In this document: piece after piece, positions 28,070 through 36,802 of the stretch
Numbering within the stretch: position 1 is the first letter of the stretch
How the letters are laid out: the number at the start of each line of letters is the position of its first letter
NCBI GenBank assembly: GCA_031262805.1
Contig: JAISGX010000034.1
Coordinates: forward strand, 1 to 47,604
Direction of reading: 5' to 3'
Source of the DNA: Verrucomicrobiota bacterium
Lineage (GTDB): Bacteria; Verrucomicrobiota; Kiritimatiellia; CAIQIC01; Lenti-01
Length of the DNA: 47,604 nucleotides
Program-made: the position numbers and the translations under genes
The notes under the pieces: generated by a model
Told to the model about the DNA's origin: nothing
Databases searched by the model: none
Seen by the model: only the letters and a program-made list of their open reading frames with translations

Positions 28070-28566
28070 CGCTCAAGGAACGCTGTGGTGTTTATCTGTC
28101 GCACGATGCCTCTGCCGTGGTCCAGTTCATCAAGTATGGCCTGGCCGGAGGCGTCGCGACGGCTGTACACATCCTAACCTTCTTTCTGGCGGGCTTCCTG
28201 CTCTTCCCCTGCGTCACACAGAAGGACATTCTGGTGAGGCTGCTGGGTCTGGCGGTTCCGGTGGTGGAAGAATCCCTGCGCGCCCGGAATGCGGTTTATT
28301 CCAATGTACTGGCCTTTTTGGTGTCCAACCTCGTCTGCTATTTGCTGAACCGGTTGTTTGTGTTCAAGCCCGGCCGCCACCACGTGGCGCTGGAATTCAT
28401 GCTGTTTTTCGGGGTCTCGGCTTTGAGCATGACGGTGGGCACCACGCTGATGGGCGTGCTGATCAGAGAGTTCGGCATGCAGACCACTCCGGCCTTCGGC
28501 GCCAACATCCTCAGCTCGCTGGCCATCAACTATGTGCTCCGCAAGTTCGTGGTCTTCAACGGGTGA
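28066..28566 (+). CDS. GtrA-family membrane protein
   Basis: VVQFIKYGLAGGVATAVHILTFF..., four TM helices, with LLNRLFVFK and INYVLRKFVVF as in GtrA-like proteins. ATGA overlap with the greA-like stop. Confidence 0.8.
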   Translation: MTLKERCGVYLSHDASAVVQFIKYGLAGGVATAVHILTFFLAGFLLFPCVTQKDILVRLLGLAVPVVEESLRARNAVYSNVLAFLVSNLVCYLLNRLFVFKPGRHHVALEFMLFFGVSALSMTVGTTLMGVLIREFGMQTTPAFGANILSSLAINYVLRKFVVFNG

Positions 28567-28708
28567 GACGGGGAGGGCCTGGCGTGCGTCAGGTCCGGCG
28601 GAGCCTCTCCAATATCAGGCGGATTCATCTTGGGGGCGCTCAAGGCCTTCGCTTTCATAAGGTTGCCGCCCCGGTCCCATGGATTCATCGCCGTGGTGGA
28701 TGAAGACA

Positions 28709-28765
28709 TTTTTCCAAACAAAGTGGAAATGGATGTGGGTTGAAAAAAATACAGCTCTTTTCCAC
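28709..28765. repeat. Cluster of TTTTCCA / TGGAAA(A) units (member of the intergenic repeat family)
   Basis: TTTTTCCA (28709-16), the inverted TGGAAA (28724-29), TTGAAAAAAA (28740-49) and TTTTCCAC (28758-65). They lie in the convergent gtrA / ilvC intergenic region. Confidence 0.5.
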
Positions 28766-28814
28766 CGTTATGCAATGGCTTCCGCAGCGGATGAAGTGGG
28801 CGTGGGTGGGGCGG

Positions 28815-28852
28815 AAAAAAGGACAGATGGGGGAGTTCCCATCTGTCCTTTT
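28815..28852. terminator. Bidirectional rho-independent terminator between convergent gtrA-like and ilvC genes
   Basis: 11-bp stem GGACAGATGGG (28821-31) / CCCATCTGTCC (28838-48) with a 6-nt loop. It is flanked by AAAAAA (28815-20) and TTTT (28849-52). Confidence 0.75.
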
Positions 28853-28911
28853 CCCGAGTCCATGCCGCCGCCTTCTGTTTCGGGCTTCGGCATGGGGCGC
28901 AGAAGTGAATC

Positions 28912-30012
28912 TCAGTTTTTCCCGCGGCCCTTCACACCGGCGGCCTTTTCCGCACCAACCTTGGCCTTTTCGTGCGGACGGAGGGCCCGGACGGCCGCGC
29001 CAGCCACCCACATTTCGGAGTTGTGCATCTGCGATAGTTCGGCATCCAGTTTCTTCTTATAATCCGGTCTGCTGCCCGAACGGATGACCCGCTTGGCTTC
29101 CTTTTGGGTTTTGACGGATGTGTAAAGGGCGTTGAACACCGGCAGGACCGCCTTCTTGAAACGGGGCCGCCAATCCAACGCTCCGCGCTGGGCGGTGGCG
29201 GAACAATTGGAATACATCCAGTCCATTCCGTTTTCGTCCACCAGGCGGATCAAGCTCTGGGTCAGCTCCTCAACGGTTTCGTTGAAGGCTTCGGACGGGC
29301 TGTGGCCGTTTTGGCGCAACACGTCGTATTGCGCTTCCATGATGCCCGCCAGCGCCCCCATCAGAGCGCCGCGCTCGCCGACCAAGTCCGAGGTCACTTC
29401 CTGCTCGAAGGTGGTGGGGAACAGATAGCCCGAACCGACGGCGATGCCGACGGCCAGCGTGCGCTCCAGCGCCCGTCCAGTGGCATCCTGCGCCACGGCA
29501 TAGCTGGAGTTGATGCCCACGCCGGCGAGGAAGTTGCGGCGCACGCTGGTGCCGGACCCTTTCGGGGCGACCATGATGATGTCCACATCCTTGCCGGGTT
29601 TGATGCCGGTGAGGTTGTTGTACACATAGCCGAAACCATGGGAAAAATAGAGCGCCTTCCCGGCCGTGCAATAGGGTTTGACGCGTTTCCAGACTTCCTT
29701 CAGTGCGGCATCGTTCACCAGCAACATGAGGATGGTGGCCTTGTCGCAGGCCTCTTCAATGTCAAACAGGGTTTGGCCGGGCTTGAAGCCGTCCTGTTGC
29801 GCCCGCTTCCAATCGCCCGCAAACCGTTTGTCCTGGCCGATGATCACATGGATGCCGTTGTCGCGCATGTTCAAGGATTGGGCCGGGCCCTGGACACCAT
29901 AGCCGATGACGGCGACAACCTCCTTTTTCAACACCTTCTGCGCCTTCTTTAGAGAAAACTCTTTGCGGGTGACAATGTTTTCCTTCACTCCGCCAAAATC
30001 AATTTCAGCCAT
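28912..30012 (-). CDS. ilvC: Ketol-acid reductoisomerase (class I)
   Basis: MAEIDFGGVKENIVTRKEF..., with VAVIGYGVQGPAQSLNMRDNG (Rossmann). SHGF and the typical C-terminal knotted domain are present. The start was chosen at ATG 30012; the ORF is open to 30192. A mildly Lys-rich C-terminal extension (HEKAKVGAEKAAGVKGRGKN) is present. Confidence 0.93.
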   Translation of the reverse strand: MAEIDFGGVKENIVTRKEFSLKKAQKVLKKEVVAVIGYGVQGPAQSLNMRDNGIHVIIGQDKRFAGDWKRAQQDGFKPGQTLFDIEEACDKATILMLLVNDAALKEVWKRVKPYCTAGKALYFSHGFGYVYNNLTGIKPGKDVDIIMVAPKGSGTSVRRNFLAGVGINSSYAVAQDATGRALERTLAVGIAVGSGYLFPTTFEQEVTSDLVGERGALMGALAGIMEAQYDVLRQNGHSPSEAFNETVEELTQSLIRLVDENGMDWMYSNCSATAQRGALDWRPRFKKAVLPVFNALYTSVKTQKEAKRVIRSGSRPDYKKKLDAELSQMHNSEMWVAGAAVRALRPHEKAKVGAEKAAGVKGRGKN

Positions 30013-30221
30013 ATTCGTACTCCTTCGCGTTACATTCTTCTCCGCCTGAATCGGGGGGAGAGCGGGTGATAATAGGGCCGCTCCGGTGCGGATGCAACAA
30101 GAAATATATGGGTTTCCGGCTGCCCTGCCGCCTGAAAATCCGCACAGTGGCAATCCCCCGGAACGCCTGTGGGGAAGCTCCTGCGCGGGCATTTCCGCCG
30201 GGCCTGTGGGGCGGCTGGACT

Positions 30222-30779
30222 CTATTTGTTGAAGGGGAGCTCGCCCCAGTCTTCGCTCATGTTGGAAAACCGCACCACCATTTCCCCCGCTTCATGGCCG
30301 GCATAGCTCCGGCGGTAATACTGGGCATATACAGCACAGATTTTGTTTTCGAACGGATAGGCCAATTCATAGGACGTCAGCCCATATTCATCAATTCGGA
30401 TCTGGCGGCGGGTGAGTGGCTGGACTTTCTGGAAGGAATCATATGTCGTATCCTCTTTTTGAAGCACGCCCTTGTAACTCCCTCCGGCATTCTCCTCCAG
30501 CAGGCGAAACAGATTCTCCATGAAGATGCGGTAGTCTTCTTCTTCCACGCCGGCCAGCGTGACGGAATTGTATTCGGCATCCAGAACGGAGCTTTTTTGC
30601 GGCGGCGTCAGGCCACTCAAGCCGTAAGCCTCCAACGCCCGGGCGGAAAACCAGTGCGGTCGCCCATCCAGAATCTCGTCGGCTTCTTCGTGCGCGGGGC
30701 GGCACCCGGCGGCAACTCCTCCCGCAACGATCAGGGCGCAGGCGGCGGCAAGCCGGAGCCATGCGCGGGCCTGCGCCAT
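30222..30779 (-). CDS. Hypothetical lipoprotein
   Basis: MAQARAWLRLAAACALIVAGGVAAGC gives a signal peptide with a lipobox-like AAGC. I recognise no catalytic motif. The alternative GTG start at 30884 would overlap the upstream EEP stop (GTGA) but places 35 aa ahead of the signal peptide. Confidence 0.5.
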   Translation of the reverse strand: MAQARAWLRLAAACALIVAGGVAAGCRPAHEEADEILDGRPHWFSARALEAYGLSGLTPPQKSSVLDAEYNSVTLAGVEEEDYRIFMENLFRLLEENAGGSYKGVLQKEDTTYDSFQKVQPLTRRQIRIDEYGLTSYELAYPFENKICAVYAQYYRRSYAGHEAGEMVVRFSNMSEDWGELPFNK

Positions 30780-30880
30780 GCAGAATCGGGATGGAGGAAA
30801 CACGCGCCTACTCATCGCTTCCCTATACGGCAAACGGGATGAAAGAAAAAGGGATTTTTCGTGGTGAGGAGTTCGCGAGG

Positions 30881-32014
30881 TCACGGAAGCGGAACCTCCA
30901 GCGCTTCGGTGTCGAAATCGTCGCTAATCGACGGCTCGGCCCTGTCCGGGGTGCGCGGTTGCCGGACAAGGTCCACATATGTCAGATAATGGTCCGATAC
31001 ATGCCCCTCGTGGCCGGGCTGCAGCGTATTGTCGTCTAGGGCCGTTCCCCGCTGGATGGTTTGGGCATCTCCCACCCGCCAGACCTGTCCATCCGAGAGG
31101 TTATGCGAGGCAAACACCCGGTCGAAAGCCGATGGATCGAACACTAGGCCTGGATCTCCGGCCCGGCGGGTCGGGATGGTGGTCCTCTCCTCCATCGCTC
31201 GGCCCTTCCACAAATCGACATAGGCTCCCGCCAGGGGAAGCAGGGAGGGATCTTCCGCAAACTGCGGCGAATCCGGGTCCACATTGGTATCGCCCAGAAT
31301 CAGCACGCCGGTGGTCCGGGGATGGCTCGCCAACGTTTCCGAAACGGCATTGGCGGCAAGGTAGTGCAAGGCGATGGCCCGCTGGGCTTGGTTCCGGCTC
31401 GCCGTGCCGAAATTGGATTTCAGGTGGATGTTGTAGGTCAGCAAATGGAAATCATCCCCTAGGTCGAACTTTCCGAGCAAAGCGCCGCGCGTGGGGTGGC
31501 CATATCCATTCAGCTTCTGAAACGACAACTCCCGGACCATCTGCGGACGCAGCCGGGATAACAAGCCTAGGTTCAGTTTATCCTTTTCCCCGTTCGAATG
31601 CCGAAGCGTGGAGATGTAGGCATACGGATACGGCTCATCCAGCTGGGCGTTAAGGATCTCCAGCGCCCGCGCATTTTCAATTTCCTGCAGCAGGAGGATG
31701 TCCGGATTCGCCTCGGCAATGATGTCGGCCGCGCCGCGTGCCTGCGCCAAGAGCACCTCGGGCGTCCGCTCGGGTCCATCCCGCTGTCCGTCGGTGAACT
31801 GTTCGATGTTGTAGGTGGCGATCCGGAGGCGCTCCAAAACGGGCTGCTGCGGCTCTTCCACCGCCGACGAGCGGACCGGCCGGAGGGTCTGGAGCTGCAC
31901 ACCCAGCTGCTGCGGGCGGGCCAGCAGCCACAACAACGCCACGAGGGTAACCAGCACCAGGGCATAGACCTGCCGCATCGGCGGCATGGAAGGGGAATTC
32001 GGTTTTGGGGCCAT
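30881..32014 (-). CDS. Endonuclease/exonuclease/phosphatase (EEP) family protein, membrane-anchored or secreted
   Basis: 377 aa with the N-terminal hydrophobic segment VYALVLVTLVALLWLLA. EEP blocks are RIATYNIEQF, DILLLQEIEN, LILGDTNVD and VSDHYLTYVDL. Confidence 0.8.
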   Translation of the reverse strand: MAPKPNSPSMPPMRQVYALVLVTLVALLWLLARPQQLGVQLQTLRPVRSSAVEEPQQPVLERLRIATYNIEQFTDGQRDGPERTPEVLLAQARGAADIIAEANPDILLLQEIENARALEILNAQLDEPYPYAYISTLRHSNGEKDKLNLGLLSRLRPQMVRELSFQKLNGYGHPTRGALLGKFDLGDDFHLLTYNIHLKSNFGTASRNQAQRAIALHYLAANAVSETLASHPRTTGVLILGDTNVDPDSPQFAEDPSLLPLAGAYVDLWKGRAMEERTTIPTRRAGDPGLVFDPSAFDRVFASHNLSDGQVWRVGDAQTIQRGTALDDNTLQPGHEGHVSDHYLTYVDLVRQPRTPDRAEPSISDDFDTEALEVPLP

Positions 32015-32062
32015 GGACGTTCCTTTCGTCTTTCTCCGCGTGGGTGGAGGGGCTGCGGCGGC

Positions 32063-34705
32063 TTACGCCTCCAGCGCCTGTGCAATCAGGTTCCGTGCGG
32101 TGGCGAGTGCCGCATCCAGCTTCTCTGGATGCTTTCCGCCCGCCTGGGCTTTGTCCGGTTTGCCGCCGCCGCCGCCGCCCGCCGCCTTGGCCACGGCGCC
32201 CACCAGTTTGCCGGCATGCAGTCCTTTGGCCTGGGCCGTCGGCCCGGCATTGAGTACAAACGTGATTTTGCCACCGCTAAGCGCCGCCAGCAGAATCACG
32301 CTGTCGGGCTGTTGTTTGCGCAAGCTTTCCACCAAGGCTCGCAGGGGCTCTGCCTCCAACTCACCCACGGCTTCCACCAACACCGGAACACCGCCGAGGA
32401 GTGCAAACTGCTCCGCTAGGGCGGCGCCTTTGGCCAAGGCATTCTTCTCCGCCAGAGCTTTGAGCTCCTTCTCCAGCCTCTGCGTCTGCTCCAGCAGCGC
32501 CTCCACCCGGTCAGGAAGATCGGCCGGGGCGAGGGAGAGGCGTCCGGCCAGCCCAGAGAGCAGCGCATGCTCCTGCAGCGTGTGCGCGCAAGCCGCAAAC
32601 CCCGTTTGGGCTTCGATACGGCGCACCCCCGCCGCAATGGAGGTTTCCATCAAAATGCGGAAGGGGCCGATGTCGCCGCTACGGTTCACATGCGTGCCAC
32701 CGCACAGCTCGCGGGAGATGCCTTCGGTGTCCACCACGCGCACCACATCGCCGTATTTTTCGTCAAACACCGCAATGATGCCCGAACCCGGCACATCCTT
32801 GAGAGGGATTTCATAGGTTTTCACTTCGCGGTTGGCCAGGATGAAGCCCGTCACCTCCCGCTCCAGCTCCGCCAGTTGCTCCGGCGTGAGCGCCTCAAAC
32901 CAGGTGAAATCGAACCGGAGCCGTTCCGGCGTCACATACGAGCCCGCCTGCTTGATGGAATCCGTCTTTAGCACTCTGCGTAGCGCCGCATTCACCAGAT
33001 GGGTGGCCGTATGATGCCGCCGGATGGCATCGCGCCGGTCCTCATCAATGGCCGCCGCCACCAGCTCGTCTTTGGTCAGGCGGCCGTTTTTCAGTACGCC
33101 CCGGTGCAGGATGATGCCCTGTGCCGGTCGCTGGGTATCGGCCACCGTGAACGTGGCGCCCGTTGGGGCCGTCAACACGCCGGTATCGCCCACCTGCCCG
33201 CCCGATTCGGCATAGAAGGGGGTTTCCTTCAACAGGATATCCGCCTTCATTCCCTCCGCGAGCGCCTCCACCGCCTGGCCGTCCGCGAGGATGGCCAGGA
33301 TGGGCGTGGTGATGGATGTCCGGTGGTAGCCGACGAAGGTGGAGAAGAGGCCCTGTTCCACAAAGGCGGAAACCAGATCGTTTTCCGCCGCCGTATGGTC
33401 CTTGCGCGCCGCCCGGGCCCGTTCGCGCTGCTGCTGCATGAACTGCTGGAACACCGGCGCATCGATGGCGAAGCCCTTTTCCTGGGCCATCAGCACCGTG
33501 AGGTCGAAGGGAAAGCCATACGTATCGTACAACTTGAACGCCTGATCGCCGGGAAACGTTTTTTTGCCCTGCTTGAGCAAGTCGTCAATCGTGGCGTCGA
33601 ACAAGGCAATGCCTCGATCCAACGTGGTGGCGAAAGATTCCTCCTCGGCCCGCAGGGCGCGCAGAATGGAATCGCGCCGCGCCGTCAGTTCCGGGAACAC
33701 CGCCGCCATTTGCTTCTCCAGCACCGGGAAGAGCTCGCACAGAAACGGCCGGGTCATGCCCAAGGTGCGCCCGAAGCGCGCCGCCCGCCGCAAAAGGCGG
33801 CGCAGCACATACCCGCGGCCATCGTTGGAGGGCATCACCCCATCTGCAATGGCGAAGGACAAGGCCCGCAGATGGTCCGCAATCACCCGCATGGCCACGG
33901 CCGTTTCGCCGTCCGCATAGGGAATGCCCGAGAGATCGGAAATAGCCTGAATCAACGGCATGAACACATCGGAATCATAATTGGACGCCTTGCCCTGTAG
34001 CACCGCCGCCACCCGTTCAAAACCCATCCCCGTATCCACACACTTCGCCGGTAGCTCGTCGAGCGTGCCGTCGCTCTTCCGGTTGTACTGCATGAACACG
34101 AGGTTCCAAATTTCAATCACCTCCGCCGTTCCGGCATTCACCATGTCCGCCGTGGCGCCCCCCACCGTATTGTCTAGGTGGATTTCGCTACACGGGCCGC
34201 AGGGGCCTGTTTCACCCATTTCCCAGAAATTATCCTTCTTGCCGAACTTTAGAATGTGCGCCGGGTTCACATCCGTGCAGGCTCTCCACAAGTCGCCCGC
34301 CTCGTCGTCCGTCTCATAAATCGTCACCCACAGGCGCTCCTTCGGCAGCTTCCACACCTCCGTCAGCAGCTCCCAGGCCCAAGAAATTGCCTCCTTCTTG
34401 TAATAATCGCCGAAAGACCAGTTGCCGAGCATCTCAAAAAACGTGTGGTGGTAGGTGTCGCGGCCGACTTCCTCCAGGTCGTTGTGCTTGCCCGACACGC
34501 GGATGCATTTTTGCGTGTCCGCCACCCGTCCGTAAGAGGACGCACGCACGCCCAAGAAGATTTCCTTGAACTGGTTCATGCCCGCATTGGCGAACAGCAG
34601 GGTGGGATCCGCCGGCAGGACCACCGGCGAGGATGGCACAATCTCGTGCCCCTTGCCCGCAAAAAAATCAAGAAAGGATTGGCGGATTTCGGATGATGTC
34701 ATCAT
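32063..34705 (-). CDS. alaS: Alanine--tRNA ligase
   Basis: 880 aa with FLDFFAGKGHEIVPSSPVV and the class II core. The editing domain has HHTATHLVNAAL and CGGTHV. A C-terminal DHHA1-type domain is present. Confidence 0.97.
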   Translation of the reverse strand: MMTSSEIRQSFLDFFAGKGHEIVPSSPVVLPADPTLLFANAGMNQFKEIFLGVRASSYGRVADTQKCIRVSGKHNDLEEVGRDTYHHTFFEMLGNWSFGDYYKKEAISWAWELLTEVWKLPKERLWVTIYETDDEAGDLWRACTDVNPAHILKFGKKDNFWEMGETGPCGPCSEIHLDNTVGGATADMVNAGTAEVIEIWNLVFMQYNRKSDGTLDELPAKCVDTGMGFERVAAVLQGKASNYDSDVFMPLIQAISDLSGIPYADGETAVAMRVIADHLRALSFAIADGVMPSNDGRGYVLRRLLRRAARFGRTLGMTRPFLCELFPVLEKQMAAVFPELTARRDSILRALRAEEESFATTLDRGIALFDATIDDLLKQGKKTFPGDQAFKLYDTYGFPFDLTVLMAQEKGFAIDAPVFQQFMQQQRERARAARKDHTAAENDLVSAFVEQGLFSTFVGYHRTSITTPILAILADGQAVEALAEGMKADILLKETPFYAESGGQVGDTGVLTAPTGATFTVADTQRPAQGIILHRGVLKNGRLTKDELVAAAIDEDRRDAIRRHHTATHLVNAALRRVLKTDSIKQAGSYVTPERLRFDFTWFEALTPEQLAELEREVTGFILANREVKTYEIPLKDVPGSGIIAVFDEKYGDVVRVVDTEGISRELCGGTHVNRSGDIGPFRILMETSIAAGVRRIEAQTGFAACAHTLQEHALLSGLAGRLSLAPADLPDRVEALLEQTQRLEKELKALAEKNALAKGAALAEQFALLGGVPVLVEAVGELEAEPLRALVESLRKQQPDSVILLAALSGGKITFVLNAGPTAQAKGLHAGKLVGAVAKAAGGGGGGKPDKAQAGGKHPEKLDAALATARNLIAQALEA

Positions 34706-34721
34706 GATTCTGGGCTCCTTA

Positions 34722-34876
34722 CATGGATTTCCACGGCGGAAACGCTTTCTCCGTCCGCTGGAAGGGCGAACAGCCGAATGGTCCAGCGCATGGAAAAAAA
34801 TCTCCCGATTTTTCCACTCATTGGAAAAAAAGTTTCCACCGAGTGGAAAAAACGCCGTAATTTTTCCACACTGCGC
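34722..34876. repeat. Dense cluster of TTT(TT)CCAC / TGGAAAA units forming nested imperfect palindromes
   Basis: TTTCCAC occurs at 34728-34, 34811-17, 34833-39 and 34863-69. TGGAAAA occurs at 34791-97, 34822-28 and 34844-50. The outer arms GCGCATGGAAAAA (34786-98) and TTTTTCCACACTGCGC (34861-76) are near-complementary. The cluster lies in the divergent alaS / 35029 intergenic region. Confidence 0.65.
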
Positions 34877-35028
34877 AAAAAAGGCGAGATTATTTTCCGC
34901 GCCAATGCCGCCCCTCCGCCCGTGCCAAAATGGAACCCGAAAGGCCTACGCAACAACCCAGTTCGAATTTCGGATGGTGTTCCCGGCGCCCAATGACACA
35001 TTTCAATTTATCTTAAAGAGGAGAAAAT

Positions 35029-35616
35029 ATGAAACTTATATTTTATGTGGTTGGCAGTGTGATTTTGTGTGGGTTTTGGAGCGGAAACATTTTTGCCCAG
35101 AATATCAATCAAATGATTCAAGCAAAGCAAGAGAGGGATGCTCGTATTGAACGGGATGGGGATGGATTAACAACGGCAGAACTATACCAGATGGCATTAT
35201 CGGTGGATTACCATTGGCCTTCGGCGATTATCGCGCTGGGCTGGTTGAATACGCCCGAGGCGGCGGATGCATTGGTGAAGCTGATTCATCAAGCAGAGCG
35301 AATGGTGGCTTTCAATGCGGCAGAAGGATTGGCCGATATGTCGTTCGAAGCGACGTTGCCTGTCCAGATTGCCGCGCTGAGGGCAACGAGTTTGCGGCCT
35401 GTGGATAAGATGGGGTTACTGTTTGCCATAGGAGAAAATGGTGGAAATGCCTTGGCAGAAGAGGCGGTTATATCCCAACTCAACGATCCGGCTGTGAATC
35501 GGGTGGCTCTTCAGGTGTTGGGGATGGATCTGTCCCCTCTTTTTAATCTTCGCTTGGGGTCAGAAGGTTTGTATATCCCGCATAAGAATAAACCTGTCCC
35601 CATTTCTTTTCACTGA
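35029..35616 (+). CDS. Hypothetical secreted HEAT-repeat-like protein
   Basis: 195 aa with signal peptide MKLIFYVVGSVILCGFWSGNIFAQ. The PBS-lyase/HEAT-like pattern is AIIALGWLNTPEAADALVKLI...VAFNAAEGLADM. AAAGAGGAGAA RBS. GC is lower than in the flanks. The 3' end overlaps the convergent fic gene by 74 nt, so the true end is uncertain. Confidence 0.45.
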   Translation: MKLIFYVVGSVILCGFWSGNIFAQNINQMIQAKQERDARIERDGDGLTTAELYQMALSVDYHWPSAIIALGWLNTPEAADALVKLIHQAERMVAFNAAEGLADMSFEATLPVQIAALRATSLRPVDKMGLLFAIGENGGNALAEEAVISQLNDPAVNRVALQVLGMDLSPLFNLRLGSEGLYIPHKNKPVPISFH

Positions 35617-36700
35617 TATTTTTAACTATCCCCAAGCCCATCAAGCGATTGACCGCACGGATTGCCGTTGGCTTGCTGAAGCCTGTCCGCTTGGTTATTT
35701 CTGCAATCGTCAGCATCGGCTTTTGCTTGAACTCGCCCAGCACCACGCCAACGGATACACGGACGCGGCCAATGCCTTTGACCCGCTCGTCGTCCTCGGC
35801 AAACATTCTTTGGATTTTAAGCAAGGTGTCTTTTGCGTCTGTTGCTGTTTCCGCCACGCCCTCCAAAAAGAAGCCGATCCAGTCCTCCCAATCGCCGGTT
35901 TTACGGATTTCGTTCAGTTTTTCATAGTACAGGTCGCGGTGCTTTTTGAAGAACAACGACAGATACAAAAAAGGCGATTTCAAGAATCTGCGCTCGCAAA
36001 GGTAAAGCGTGATAAGCAAACGTCCCGTCCGTCCGTTGCCGTCCAAAAACGGGTGGATTGTCTCAAACTGCTGATGAAAAAGGGCGGTTTTTACAAGCAG
36101 CGGTATTTTGTTGTCCTCTTCGTGCATAAATTTTTCCAAATCGCCCATAAGTTCCAAAACCTTCTCAGGCGGTGCAGGAACGAACCTTGCGGTTGACGGT
36201 CTTGTCCCGCCAATCCAGTTTTGGCTGGTGCGGAACTCGCCGGGTGTTTTGTTTTTGCCTCGGGCGTTGGTCAGTAATATCTTGTGGATTTCGCGGATAA
36301 GGCGGAGCGAGAGCGGAAAGCCGCCCTCCATGCGTTTTAAGCCATGGTTTAGCGCGGCAACATAACTGGAAACTTCGGCAACATCGTCAAGCGGCGTGCC
36401 GATGGCATCGCCGGATTCATAGCGCAAGAGGTCGTCAAGCGTTGATTGCGTGCCTTCAATTTGTGAGGACAACACCGCCTCTTTGCGGACATACATATAG
36501 TTGATAATATTCGGGTCGGGTGCGTTTTGGACAACGCCGTTTAACTCGCCGATTGCCAAGTTTGCCTTTTCCAGGCAAGCGGAAATCGCCGTCATATCCA
36601 TAGCGGGGGCTGGCGGAAGAGCATTCGGGACATAGGCGTCATACCGCTCGCCGCCAACCAGCGGTGATTTGCTCAACGTTCCTTGTCGCTTCCGTTTCAT
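35543..36700 (-). CDS. fic: Fic-family protein (AMPylation-type active site) with N-terminal inhibitory-helix motif and C-terminal winged-helix-like region
   Basis: Canonical Fic motif HPFLDGNGRTGRLL. The upstream motif is SSQIEG, matching (S/T)xxxE(G/N). The C-terminal part of about 70 aa (LTIAEITKRTGFSKPTAIRAVNRLMGLGIV) looks like an HTH. The start was chosen at ATG 36700; ATG 36745 is an alternative. Confidence 0.88.
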   Translation of the reverse strand: MKRKRQGTLSKSPLVGGERYDAYVPNALPPAPAMDMTAISACLEKANLAIGELNGVVQNAPDPNIINYMYVRKEAVLSSQIEGTQSTLDDLLRYESGDAIGTPLDDVAEVSSYVAALNHGLKRMEGGFPLSLRLIREIHKILLTNARGKNKTPGEFRTSQNWIGGTRPSTARFVPAPPEKVLELMGDLEKFMHEEDNKIPLLVKTALFHQQFETIHPFLDGNGRTGRLLITLYLCERRFLKSPFLYLSLFFKKHRDLYYEKLNEIRKTGDWEDWIGFFLEGVAETATDAKDTLLKIQRMFAEDDERVKGIGRVRVSVGVVLGEFKQKPMLTIAEITKRTGFSKPTAIRAVNRLMGLGIVKNISEKKWGQVYSYAGYTNLLTPSED

Positions 36701-36764
36701 TATTACACCCGAAAGTTGTTTTGCATGATCGGCATCTTGCCACATGATCTTTATACAAGTCCAC

Positions 36765-36802
36765 TAAAAAGTAAAAGATGTTTAATTATATTTTACTTTT
36801 TA
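36765..36802. promoter_or_regulatory. 12-bp inverted repeat in the AT-rich region upstream of fic (candidate operator)
   Basis: TAAAAAGTAAAA (36765-76) and TTTTACTTTTTA (36791-802) are exact reverse complements separated by 14 nt. It lies 65-100 nt upstream of the fic start. The AT-rich context lowers significance. Confidence 0.3.
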
